Sequence record: OP795442
Length of the DNA stretch: 64,000 nt
DNA from: Escherichia phage A7_1
Reading direction: 5' to 3' (one strand)
The notes beneath the pieces were generated by a model. The model was given only the letters and a program-made list of their open reading frames with translations, did not search any database and was not told where the DNA came from. This document shows positions 55,923-64,000 of this stretch, piece by piece (position 1 is the first letter of the stretch; every line of letters starts with the position of its first letter). The position numbers and the translations under genes are program-made.

Positions 55923-57281
55923 TTATTGATCCTTGAAGATACTGGGGAACTTCTCGTGATAGAAGTTTACAACATCTTGGTCAACAATGATATCTTTTAC
56001 TCGTAAGCGTTTCAAAAGGCGAAGACCTTCTACACTCGTGGCACGGGAGAGCATAACATATGCTTGACCAGGTGTGAAAGTACCAAAGCCGAGATCGATG
56101 TTTACCTTACCTAAAGTTAAACCTTGTGCCTTGTGACCAGTGATCGCATAGCCCAACTTGAATGGGTATTGAATGTATTCACCAATAGATTTATCAACAA
56201 GAACAGTCTTTTCAACCATCTTCTTGATCATCTTTTTAGTCCCGTCCGGCATATCAACCTCTTCCTCTTCAAGCATCATCTTTTTCTCAGGTACTTGAGC
56301 AACGTTGTTCCATGTTGCAGGACCAATTGGGACCATCTTGCCATCGATATCTACAACAACAAAGGTTTTTGCGATACGACGCACAATACCGACTGTACCA
56401 TTGACATAATCAGGAACTTTCTTCTTCTGATCATTGTCGTTAACAACGATCATTACTTTAAGACCTTCTTTGAGAAAGAGCTTTTCGTTAACTGGACGTT
56501 CAACAAACTCACCAGTAATACGAGCATTAAATTCATGCTGTTCAGCATTAATCTTTGCGTATTCTTTGTTGTTGATCTCTTCTGCCAGCTTGTTCGTGGT
56601 AGTTAAAGTTACTGCTCCATCAAGTGGACGACCAAAGCAACGCTGATTAAAGAAGTTAACAGCATCGGGGATGTTCTTCCCGATACGGATATTATTAAGG
56701 TGTTCTGCAAACACAGGATCACTTTGACGATGCACTTTGGGAAGATAGGCATAGGTCAAATTCAAGGATTCCCAACTTTCACAACCAAAAGGAATTTCCT
56801 TGCCATGTAGCTCACGGAACAGGGGAACTTCTTCTTTCTTAAGAACAGGCTTGATCTGGAAACCATCGCCAAACATGATGATCTGGAGTCCACCAAAAGG
56901 CTTATCGGATTTACGATGATGGCGAAGTTTCATATCGATTTCCTTCAGTTTGTCACTTCGAGTCATACCGATCTCATCAAACACGATACCATCCAGTGCA
57001 TCAGATGCCATAAGCATAGCTGCCTTTTTAGATTTTGCCTTATAATCCTCGGAAGTTGTGACACCAAAGGTTAAACCAAACGCCTTGTGAGCCGTAACAC
57101 CACGGATGTTTAATGATGCTACACCTGTAGGACCAACAAACAGAAAACTATCGGCAAAGAAGTCACGCAATGCAGCGATCATCATACTTTTACCACTACC
57201 ACCAGGTCCGGTGATAAAAACGTTTTCACCATTCATGATTGCCTGCATCGCTGCTTCGTTACCGATCACTGTCTTAGTCAT
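55923..57281 (-). CDS. SF1 DNA helicase (Dda / RecD-like)
   Basis: 452 aa; Walker A ITGPGGSGKS near N-terminus, Walker B region IVFDEIGM, C-terminal GQAYVMLSRAT motif typical of Dda/RecD/PIF1-type helicases. Confidence 0.85.
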   Translation of the reverse strand: MTKTVIGNEAAMQAIMNGENVFITGPGGSGKSMMIAALRDFFADSFLFVGPTGVASLNIRGVTAHKAFGLTFGVTTSEDYKAKSKKAAMLMASDALDGIVFDEIGMTRSDKLKEIDMKLRHHRKSDKPFGGLQIIMFGDGFQIKPVLKKEEVPLFRELHGKEIPFGCESWESLNLTYAYLPKVHRQSDPVFAEHLNNIRIGKNIPDAVNFFNQRCFGRPLDGAVTLTTTNKLAEEINNKEYAKINAEQHEFNARITGEFVERPVNEKLFLKEGLKVMIVVNDNDQKKKVPDYVNGTVGIVRRIAKTFVVVDIDGKMVPIGPATWNNVAQVPEKKMMLEEEEVDMPDGTKKMIKKMVEKTVLVDKSIGEYIQYPFKLGYAITGHKAQGLTLGKVNIDLGFGTFTPGQAYVMLSRATSVEGLRLLKRLRVKDIIVDQDVVNFYHEKFPSIFKDQ

Positions 57282-57492
57282 TATTTAGTTCCTCATATTC
57301 ATATGGGTAGAGTAGATATCCTTTGTTGTCTTTTAGTGCTACGGCTATAACACTCTCAAGGTAAAAATCATCATCATAGTGAATTTCTTCAATTACAAGA
57401 ATATCACCTTTCTTTGGATGGTCATCGCGATCACTGAAATCATTTAGTAGCTTTATTTTTACGTTTTTCATATAACATCTCCGCTGCCACAA
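57274..57492 (-). CDS. hypothetical small acidic protein
   Basis: 72 aa; overlaps the helicase start by 8 nt. Confidence 0.4.
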   Translation of the reverse strand: MWQRRCYMKNVKIKLLNDFSDRDDHPKKGDILVIEEIHYDDDFYLESVIAVALKDNKGYLLYPYEYEELNND

Positions 57493-57652
57493 GGGTTAAG
57501 ATCATTGCCATATACATTACAATAGAGGTCACACTGATTTGAATGAATAGTTCATCAGTAACATGATTGAAGTAAACATTCTTTACATATCGAACCCCTA
57601 TAAGCCAAAATGCCATCACCACAGCAAATGTTAGTATCATACGTTTTATCAT
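57440..57652 (-). CDS. putative holin (two hydrophobic segments)
   Basis: 70 aa with two hydrophobic helices and Lys-rich C-terminus; start overlaps the endolysin stop (ATGA). Confidence 0.45.
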   Translation of the reverse strand: MIKRMILTFAVVMAFWLIGVRYVKNVYFNHVTDELFIQISVTSIVMYMAMILTLVAAEMLYEKRKNKATK

Positions 57653-58164
57653 TTCTTCTTCTCCTCTTTGTCTTTATAAAAGATGTGATTTTCTATGGTT
57701 ACTGTTCTTTTTAGAAGTTTACGCCAAACGGGTTTAACCTTCTTCGTATGATAATACAGAGATCCATATGTCGGGTCAAACCTTTTGTACAAAATCTCGT
57801 TATTTTTTAGCTTATGTACGAATTTTGATATACTAAGAGCACCCTCCCAAGAATCTTTATCTGTTATATTATAGGAAGATTTGGTTAGTGTCCACGAGAA
57901 CTGAGAGGCTTGATACACAACACCCTTCATAGTGGTTGGGAACTTATCATGCTTCATACGATTCATAGTTACGAATGCAACAGCCATTTGACCATTGACC
58001 GTTTCTCCTCTCGCTTCCATATAAACATTGCAAGCTAAGGCATTAATAGAGTTATCCTTTTTAGTGCATTTGTGGATAACTTTCTGTGCTCTCTCTTTGG
58101 CATAAGTAACGCCTGGTGCCAGAGACAGAGTACAAATAAAACTATATAATACTAATTTCTTCAT
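57649..58164 (-). CDS. endolysin, SleB-type cell wall hydrolase with N-terminal signal peptide
   Basis: 171 aa; N-terminal MKKLVLYSFICTLSLAPGVTYA resembles a Sec signal; NVYMEARGE and QFSW motifs characteristic of the SleB / cell-wall hydrolase family. Confidence 0.65.
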   Translation of the reverse strand: MKKLVLYSFICTLSLAPGVTYAKERAQKVIHKCTKKDNSINALACNVYMEARGETVNGQMAVAFVTMNRMKHDKFPTTMKGVVYQASQFSWTLTKSSYNITDKDSWEGALSISKFVHKLKNNEILYKRFDPTYGSLYYHTKKVKPVWRKLLKRTVTIENHIFYKDKEEKKK

Positions 58165-58210
58165 TTTCCCTCCAATTGAGGACCCAGCTTATCACTGGGT
58201 CGCTCTCTTG

Positions 58211-58597
58211 TCAACTACCTTCTGTATGCTTTTTAATTTGGTCAGCGATCCCTTTCCATAGGCCGTTAAGGAAAGGGTTGCTTGTGATTACCTCGCCTAA
58301 CCAGGGGCCGTACAGGCGATATACGTAGTCATCTGTGATCGCATAGATACTTCCATCCCGTACAGCCAGTCCACGCACAAGAGATGTTGTTACACGACGG
58401 CCTGCGAATCCAGTTTTTTGATATTCCACTTCTGTATTCTCAATATAACCGACCAAATTCACAAGGTTTTTTGTCCCATCAATTGTAAAACCACACTTAT
58501 TTTCAAGATCTTCTGAAATAGTGCTGATCCCTTCTAGTGAGAAGTTGCCACCGAACTTTAGGCCATACTTAGCTGCAAGTTTATCGTGCGCTGTCAT
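58211..58597 (-). CDS. hypothetical protein
   Basis: 128 aa ORF; no motif recognised. Confidence 0.5.
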   Translation of the reverse strand: MTAHDKLAAKYGLKFGGNFSLEGISTISEDLENKCGFTIDGTKNLVNLVGYIENTEVEYQKTGFAGRRVTTSLVRGLAVRDGSIYAITDDYVYRLYGPWLGEVITSNPFLNGLWKGIADQIKKHTEGS

Positions 58598-58788
58598 TTT
58601 ACACTTTCCTTGATCAGTTGCTCAAAAGTTTCAACATCCTGAGTGATATGTGCTGTACTTCCATCACGGAAGACAACAACGGTAGTTTCTTCACCAAAAT
58701 GATTACCTTCACGAAAGAGAAGAATCTCTTCTACACGTAGAGCAACTTTAAGACCACCCTCACCTGTCAAATTTGCTTTTACGAACAT
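58594..58788 (-). CDS. hypothetical small protein
   Basis: 64 aa; ATGA overlap with the upstream gene. Confidence 0.4.
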   Translation of the reverse strand: MFVKANLTGEGGLKVALRVEEILLFREGNHFGEETTVVVFRDGSTAHITQDVETFEQLIKESVK

Positions 58789-58979
58789 TATAAACCTCCC
58801 ATGCTACGAAGAATAACATCTTTCATACGAATAAGAATTTCATTCTTATCCACCTCAGGAAAAATTTCAACCAGTTTAATAAGTAAACTTCTTCCACTTT
58901 TATACTCACCCGATCTTGCAAGGTGTAGAACAGTTCTTGCAAACTCTAACTCGTCTAAAGGTACTTTTCCTTCAACCAT
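58788..58979 (-). CDS. hypothetical small protein
   Basis: 63 aa; stop adjacent to the next start. Confidence 0.4.
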   Translation of the reverse strand: MVEGKVPLDELEFARTVLHLARSGEYKSGRSLLIKLVEIFPEVDKNEILIRMKDVILRSMGGL

Positions 58980-59233
58980 TCCGCAGCCTCCTTCAAGTTG
59001 TCAAACACTTTATAAGCAACACCTGTATATTCTGAATCCCAATCGTCACTTGGGTCATAATCCTCGTTAATCTCTTCTACATCAACATGATACTTATTTT
59101 CGTAGTCCTTTTCAACAAGAATACGAAGATCATGATAAACAGATGCTTCAACTTGGTCTGCTATTTTATCAAAGTAATCTCGATCTGTCATCTTTATACC
59201 CCACAACGTTGGAGAAAAGCTTCGCAAATGCAC
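58955..59233 (-). CDS. hypothetical acidic protein
   Basis: 92 aa; Asp/Glu-rich. Confidence 0.4.
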   Translation of the reverse strand: MHLRSFSPTLWGIKMTDRDYFDKIADQVEASVYHDLRILVEKDYENKYHVDVEEINEDYDPSDDWDSEYTGVAYKVFDNLKEAAEWLKEKYL

Positions 59234-59445
59234 AAAAAATCTTCTTTTTCTACATTCTTGATATCCATACCGATCTCTTTAAAAAGTTTAGGAAGATCAA
59301 GAGCCTTCGCGTCCTTTTCTAACTTGAAATAGCCGTTCTTATCATACGGAATTTTTTGGAGGAATAGAACATCTGGATTATCAGAGCCTTTTGTTTTTGT
59401 TGCTAGATAATCATAAATATCTTCACGAGGTACTGGCTTCTTCAT
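59194..59445 (-). CDS. hypothetical protein
   Basis: 83 aa ORF; no motif recognised. Confidence 0.4.
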   Translation of the reverse strand: MKKPVPREDIYDYLATKTKGSDNPDVLFLQKIPYDKNGYFKLEKDAKALDLPKLFKEIGMDIKNVEKEDFLCICEAFLQRCGV

Positions 59446-59446
59446 A

Positions 59447-59890
59447 TTATTCTCCTGTCAAATTTAATTTGTCACCTTTTCGCATCTCAAGGAAGGCTTT
59501 GAGATCTCCAAACTTAGTTTCCGTAAACGCAGAACCTGCCGGAGCTTTGTTATAATCCCATGTTTCCTTTGCTTCGTCAATATCTCCCACACGAGATTCA
59601 ATTTTCTTTCTGAATTCGTAAACGGAATACTTTGAACGAATAACTTTCGGCGGTACGTAACGCATAATGCCTGCGTCGCTTGATCTCTTTGATAATGAAA
59701 CCTTTTGTTGATGCATTTTAACACATCTTAAAACGTACTCCTCGAATTCCTTTTTAAAAGCCAGGTGAATCAAGGATTCTGGTGCAGAGAAGTGAACCTT
59801 GCGATAAGACCCATCATCATCCATAAGGTAACACACTTCTGGTTTTCCTGCAAAAACTTCAACATCAAAACTTTCAATCTGGAACTTCAT
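59447..59890 (-). CDS. hypothetical protein
   Basis: 147 aa ORF; no motif recognised. Confidence 0.5.
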   Translation of the reverse strand: MKFQIESFDVEVFAGKPEVCYLMDDDGSYRKVHFSAPESLIHLAFKKEFEEYVLRCVKMHQQKVSLSKRSSDAGIMRYVPPKVIRSKYSVYEFRKKIESRVGDIDEAKETWDYNKAPAGSAFTETKFGDLKAFLEMRKGDKLNLTGE

Positions 59891-59934
59891 AAAGTAAAAC
59901 CCCCATCGGTTAGGATAGGGGTATATTACATTGG

Positions 59935-60129
59935 TTACTCTACAGAGTCAACCGTTTCAACAAAGATAATATCACCATATTTCAGCTTACGGCGGTTGTC
60001 ACCTTTGTGGGTGTGGTCCACAGGGTTAAATGATCCAATATCATTGGAATGTTTCCAGCCAGATTTAACAGAAAACTGCTTAACAACAGCAGCAAAATCT
60101 TCCGGCTTTAACTCAATCATATGCTCCAT
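59935..60129 (-). CDS. hypothetical small protein
   Basis: 64 aa ORF with upstream GGAG. Confidence 0.4.
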   Translation of the reverse strand: MEHMIELKPEDFAAVVKQFSVKSGWKHSNDIGSFNPVDHTHKGDNRRKLKYGDIIFVETVDSVE

Positions 60130-60216
60130 TACATACTCCTTTCATAAGAAATTTCTCTATAGGGGCTTCATAGAGTAAAACCCCTATTGATTAAGATAGA
60201 ACCTATTATCAGTTAT

Positions 60217-60606
60217 TTACTCGTCAACAACTTTCCAACTCCAAAGATAACCATCTTTAGGCATAGTGGAACCTTTAACAAATATCATTTCGTCATAAAG
60301 ATCATCTTCGTTCGGCAAATCTTCTAAAAGTTTAAACTCAACATTGTTATACTCATTATAGATGATTTGTGCACGGAGTTTCTTGCCTACCTTAATGGAG
60401 TTAGTTTCTGATCGAACACATTCAATAATGTATCCCTTTTCATAAGAAATTTCTTCACGAGATACCTTATAGACCTTGACCAACGCAGGAAATTCCTTTT
60501 GTATTTTCAAAGCTGTATGCTGCGCTTCTTGTTCACTATCATAACCCTTGAAGAATTTAAAAACTTCACCTTCCCACTTGATCCAGACTTCATATTCTTT
60601 TTCCAT
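60217..60606 (-). CDS. hypothetical protein
   Basis: 129 aa ORF; no motif recognised. Confidence 0.5.
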   Translation of the reverse strand: MEKEYEVWIKWEGEVFKFFKGYDSEQEAQHTALKIQKEFPALVKVYKVSREEISYEKGYIIECVRSETNSIKVGKKLRAQIIYNEYNNVEFKLLEDLPNEDDLYDEMIFVKGSTMPKDGYLWSWKVVDE

Positions 60607-60616
60607 GTATCACCTC

Positions 60617-60934
60617 TTAAGAAATAAGTTGGATTTTTGGACCTTTTTCTTTTTCTGCTTGACGCAGGCGTTCACGAACGTACAGTTCGATATCAGTTGG
60701 TCGCCACAATTCAACTATAACCACATCGAAACGGTTTTCGTGAGCACCAGGTTGTTTATTCATGTAGCTTGCCATCAGGTCTGCACTTTCTTGATCAGCA
60801 AATACAGCTTTTGCTACGATTGGCTTACCATCTTCAGTTTGTCCCATACTCATGCTCGGAATGTTGTGACCTGCATCATTATCACGAATAGCAAACACAA
60901 GAGTAGTTTCAGCATTTTTCAGAAAGTCAGTCAT
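60617..60934 (-). CDS. hypothetical protein
   Basis: 105 aa ORF; no motif recognised. Confidence 0.5.
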   Translation of the reverse strand: MTDFLKNAETTLVFAIRDNDAGHNIPSMSMGQTEDGKPIVAKAVFADQESADLMASYMNKQPGAHENRFDVVIVELWRPTDIELYVRERLRQAEKEKGPKIQLIS

Positions 60935-61154
60935 TAATAATCTCCACGTCAGAATTGATATCAGTTTTATAAAACAGTCCCAGAGTTTCTGCGACCCCTA
61001 TCTCTATGAAAACAGCATCCTCATACACAACTGCATCAGAGGTTGCGTATACTTTATTATAAATTGGCTGGCCTGTAAAGTCACAATCAACAATATATTT
61101 AAACTTTTGGCCTTTCTTTACATCACGGGCCTTGATCAGCTTAACATTAATCAT
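60927..61154 (-). CDS. hypothetical small protein
   Basis: 75 aa; overlaps neighbours by 8 nt on each side. Confidence 0.4.
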   Translation of the reverse strand: MINVKLIKARDVKKGQKFKYIVDCDFTGQPIYNKVYATSDAVVYEDAVFIEIGVAETLGLFYKTDINSDVEIIND

Positions 61155-61842
61155 CGGTACTCCCTATTTGTAATGGTACAATACCTAAAGCTTCCAAACC
61201 TGCCTCCACGACCTTACGATTTACAGAAGCCTCAAACTCTGCTTGTGCTTTCGCCTTAACAACCTCGGAGTTTTCCTTAAACACGTTAATCGCATGTTGA
61301 GTGATATCCGGCAGCTTTGAATGAACACGAGTGATCTTATTCTTAAGTTCAGTCAATTCTTTCTTTGTTGCCTTACCTTTCTCAATAAGTTGCTGGACTT
61401 CAATTACGGCTTCCAGATGGTCCTTTAAAAGATCTTTTAAGTCTTTATCCACGTTCAAGCCGATCATGTCAGAACTGTTTTGTTGTCCCTCAATGCCAGG
61501 AACATATCCATCGCCCTTGATATATCTTAATGTGATTGGTACGCCTTGTCCACTATGGGATGCCACTAACTCTGCCCATTGGTAAGATGTTAATTCAATC
61601 TCAATGACACGAGAGTTTCGTGACGTATAATAAGACGGCAAACCATAAGAGATCTCCTGGTATGCGGTATCAATACGTAAACAAACACGTTGATTATGGG
61701 TCGTGTCTGATCCGAACATTTCCACATTCCCACCAGTTGGGTGAGTGATTGATGCCAACCCATAAGCTGGGTGTGTCTGGATTACACGCTCAAATACTCC
61801 AGCTTCAGATAATTTTACTTCGGGCTTCATTACGTTTCTCAT
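61147..61842 (-). CDS. hypothetical protein with C-terminal coiled coil
   Basis: 231 aa; charged heptad-like C-terminal 90 residues. Confidence 0.55.
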   Translation of the reverse strand: MRNVMKPEVKLSEAGVFERVIQTHPAYGLASITHPTGGNVEMFGSDTTHNQRVCLRIDTAYQEISYGLPSYYTSRNSRVIEIELTSYQWAELVASHSGQGVPITLRYIKGDGYVPGIEGQQNSSDMIGLNVDKDLKDLLKDHLEAVIEVQQLIEKGKATKKELTELKNKITRVHSKLPDITQHAINVFKENSEVVKAKAQAEFEASVNRKVVEAGLEALGIVPLQIGSTDD

Positions 61843-61850
61843 AAAATCCC

Positions 61851-62051
61851 CTATTTTATTTTTACAATGTATTTAGAAGTTCTTCGGATTCTTTGGGTCC
61901 TTGTCCAAGTTGGGTCAACATACTCTATTCCTGCCATACCCTTACTCGGGATGATTCTGGTGATAATCCCCTTAAATATAGTTTTACGATCGTCATAAGT
62001 AAAAGCTACTTTGTCACCAACTTTCATCTCTATACCCATTAAATCTTTCAA
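61851..62051 (-). CDS. hypothetical small protein
   Basis: 66 aa ORF; no motif recognised. Confidence 0.4.
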   Translation of the reverse strand: MKDLMGIEMKVGDKVAFTYDDRKTIFKGIITRIIPSKGMAGIEYVDPTWTRTQRIRRTSKYIVKIK

Positions 62052-62055
62052 ATCA

Positions 62056-62280
62056 TCAACCCCGTCTTTCTTTCAGTTCCTGTAAGAACAACTCATCAGC
62101 AAGATTATTTAAACTATTTGCCAGATTTCGGGCTTGTTCACGAGTAACACGAATACCAACAGAATCACAACCCTCACGATCGCAGTAGTCAATTCCGATC
62201 AGGATTTTACCTTTTTCAGTTGAGGGTGTAATATTAATTTCTGCCTGATAATCTACGCCAATATCCTGGAATGTCATCAT
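62056..62280 (-). CDS. hypothetical small protein
   Basis: 74 aa; start ATGATG overlaps the stop of an upstream small ORF. Confidence 0.4.
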   Translation of the reverse strand: MMTFQDIGVDYQAEINITPSTEKGKILIGIDYCDREGCDSVGIRVTREQARNLANSLNNLADELFLQELKERRG

Positions 62281-62435
62281 TTTGTGTATACCTCTTGTAT
62301 TTCTGCGATTAATGTTTCAGAGGAACTGGCAATTTCTGCTCGGACTTCCTCTGCTTTTTCTTTATCTTCAAATAGGGTCGGATGAATTTGAGCATCCTCA
62401 CCACAATGAAGACACAGTATAGCATAATACTTCAT
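62277..62435 (-). CDS. small hypothetical CxxC protein (about 52 aa, not in ORF track)
   Basis: ORF MKYYAILCLHCGEDAQIHPTLFEDKEKAEEVRAEIASSSETLIAEIQEVYTK fills the apparent gap; ATGA overlap upstream, TGATG overlap downstream. Confidence 0.3.
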   Translation of the reverse strand: MKYYAILCLHCGEDAQIHPTLFEDKEKAEEVRAEIASSSETLIAEIQEVYTK

Positions 62436-62797
62436 CACTTATTACCTTTTTCTTCTTCATGCGGCTTAACAATAATCTCTTCAATAATCTCAGGATCAAT
62501 GTTTTTAGTATACATAAAAGTATAAAGCGCCGTTTTCAAAGCGGCACGTTTACCATAGTAATGATCTGCGATGCCATTCTGTTTTGATAGTTTATGAATC
62601 TCCACTATTTTGCTTTCAACTTCTTCGTTGGAGATCTCTATATACTCGACTGCTGACATGCGTTCAATAAATATTGCATTAAGACCGTATAACTTGGCAT
62701 CTCGCTCCACGTATTCTTTGAATCGCTGCCACTCTACCTCATCTTTGATAAGGTCTGCAATTTTAAAGATTACTGGGTGCTTACGTGATTTGGTCAT
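62435..62797 (-). CDS. hypothetical protein
   Basis: 120 aa; Glu/Lys-rich. Confidence 0.5.
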   Translation of the reverse strand: MTKSRKHPVIFKIADLIKDEVEWQRFKEYVERDAKLYGLNAIFIERMSAVEYIEISNEEVESKIVEIHKLSKQNGIADHYYGKRAALKTALYTFMYTKNIDPEIIEEIIVKPHEEEKGNK

Positions 62798-62853
62798 TTA
62801 TTCTCTCCTCGTTTGTTTTGATAGGGTCATATTACACGACCCTTGATATGTTG

Positions 62854-63111
62854 TCAACTAAAAATTAAAGAAACAACGTGGTAAATTACTTGGGGAAAGA
62901 TAACTACGAAGTACAGATCAACAAATCCAGAGATAAAGTGATAAGCCTTCAGTTTTGTACGTTTACCTTTGTAAAAATCAGAGATGATTTTGAAATATTT
63001 ATAAAGATTCCTTAAAAGTGCAAAACCGATCAACCCCAATCCACTAAGAACCACAACAAAAAGTGAAAACTGGACGTCCGCACTAAAAACACCAACAATA
63101 AGATCTAACAT
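62854..63111 (-). CDS. small membrane protein
   Basis: 85 aa with two long hydrophobic segments. Confidence 0.45.
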   Translation of the reverse strand: MLDLIVGVFSADVQFSLFVVVLSGLGLIGFALLRNLYKYFKIISDFYKGKRTKLKAYHFISGFVDLYFVVIFPQVIYHVVSLIFS

Positions 63112-63392
63112 TAAATTTCCTCCAAATCAGCTTCTACGACATAGATACCTGGTAAAACTCTATAAGCCCAGGTGTTAAAAGTACAAGAATACATAATTCC
63201 TTTTACCTTGTAAGTTTTATTTGCAAACTGGCTTACAGGGTCAGTGACTTTAACTACGGTGTCACTTGCAAACTTAGGCATACCGTGCTTTGAAATTGCT
63301 TCACGATCAACTTTGTAAACATCCCTCCCAAAGAACTTTTCTAGTGGACAAAGATTATTCTCAAAATCAGTACCCATAGTCAACATCTCCAT
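63111..63392 (-). CDS. hypothetical protein
   Basis: 93 aa; ATGA overlap with the downstream gene. Confidence 0.45.
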   Translation of the reverse strand: MEMLTMGTDFENNLCPLEKFFGRDVYKVDREAISKHGMPKFASDTVVKVTDPVSQFANKTYKVKGIMYSCTFNTWAYRVLPGIYVVEADLEEI

Positions 63393-63633
63393 TAATTACC
63401 GAGGTGCTTTTGTTTGTCTTACCATTTGAAGTCTTGATATGAGTATCTGCATGAGGACAATACACCACATTCAGACTCATATCTCCTGGGTTAGCTTTGA
63501 GACGATAAATCTTACAACCTGCCTCTTTCATTTCTTGCGGTAAAATGTAATTAGTAGTCTTATCGACAACGCCCTTTTGATCACAACCGGAAATGAAACA
63601 TACCATAAAAATCGCAGCAATAATCTTTTTCAT
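63367..63633 (-). CDS. putative lipoprotein
   Basis: 88 aa; N-terminal MKKIIAAIFMVCFISGCDQ has a signal peptide and lipobox-like ISGC. Confidence 0.5.
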   Translation of the reverse strand: MKKIIAAIFMVCFISGCDQKGVVDKTTNYILPQEMKEAGCKIYRLKANPGDMSLNVVYCPHADTHIKTSNGKTNKSTSVINGDVDYGY

Positions 63634-63980
63634 TTTACCTCCATCATAAATACTTTAACTTTTCGTACCTCTAATCTTACTTTATTAGAGCCTTGAAGTC
63701 TATTTCTTTTTTCAATTGCGTCATTAATGTCGCCATAGAAGTAGTGATCCTTACCTATTGTTGGTATTCCATTGCCGCCTTGCATAGCCAGTGTATACAT
63801 TTCTTTTCCACCTTGCAACCCTTTTGATACTTTTTCTTCAAAATATTTATTGAATTGGGTTGGTGAAGTGTCAATTTCTACATCATCTTCCCATCCCATA
63901 ACTTTATCCCAAAAACGGTCAATCTTGTCAAGAACTTTGTTACTAATCTTTTTAATCTTCTTCAACATAATCTTCCCCAT
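63630..63980 (-). CDS. hypothetical protein
   Basis: 116 aa basic ORF; ATGA overlap with the lipoprotein gene. Confidence 0.45.
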   Translation of the reverse strand: MGKIMLKKIKKISNKVLDKIDRFWDKVMGWEDDVEIDTSPTQFNKYFEEKVSKGLQGGKEMYTLAMQGGNGIPTIGKDHYFYGDINDAIEKRNRLQGSNKVRLEVRKVKVFMMEVK

Positions 63981-64000
63981 TATTTATTTGGATACCGAAA

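Noticed and set aside
1-64000. tRNA genes, integrase, repressor or attachment-site signatures
   Set aside because: No cloverleaf-compatible intergenic segment or integrase/repressor-like ORF was recognised by eye; almost all gaps are under 150 bp and filled by RBS, terminators or micro-ORFs. A tRNA scan has not been run, so absence is provisional.

Overview
This window reads as a tailed-phage (Caudoviricetes, myovirus-like) genome segment with two convergent modules. Plus strand 1-34169 is the packaging, head, tail, baseplate and fiber module: large terminase, portal, scaffold, a lambda E-like major capsid gene, two collagen-like (Gly-X-Y) fiber proteins, sheath, tube, chaperone pair with a -1 frameshift site, tape measure, baseplate genes and tail fibers. 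Minus strand 34218-63980 is the replication and early module: SSB-like protein, family A DNA polymerase, Dda/RecD-like helicase, a T7 gp4-like primase-helicase, a signal-peptide SleB-type endolysin, and dozens of small translationally coupled ORFs. The most notable observations are (1) the primase-helicase gene is split exactly inside its Walker A motif by an insert of about 750 bp carrying an HNH homing endonuclease, consistent with a self-splicing group I-type intron; (2) an adjacent GHKL-type ATPase and a minimal C5-methyltransferase-like protein, a pairing I cannot assign to a described system; (3) a tandem triplication of a small gene; (4) an inner-membrane protein in the early region that carries the same SAY...WL-SLKG module as the collagen-like fiber. 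No integrase, repressor, tRNA or CRISPR array was seen. All functional calls rest on motifs read by eye and on gene order; no database search was run.
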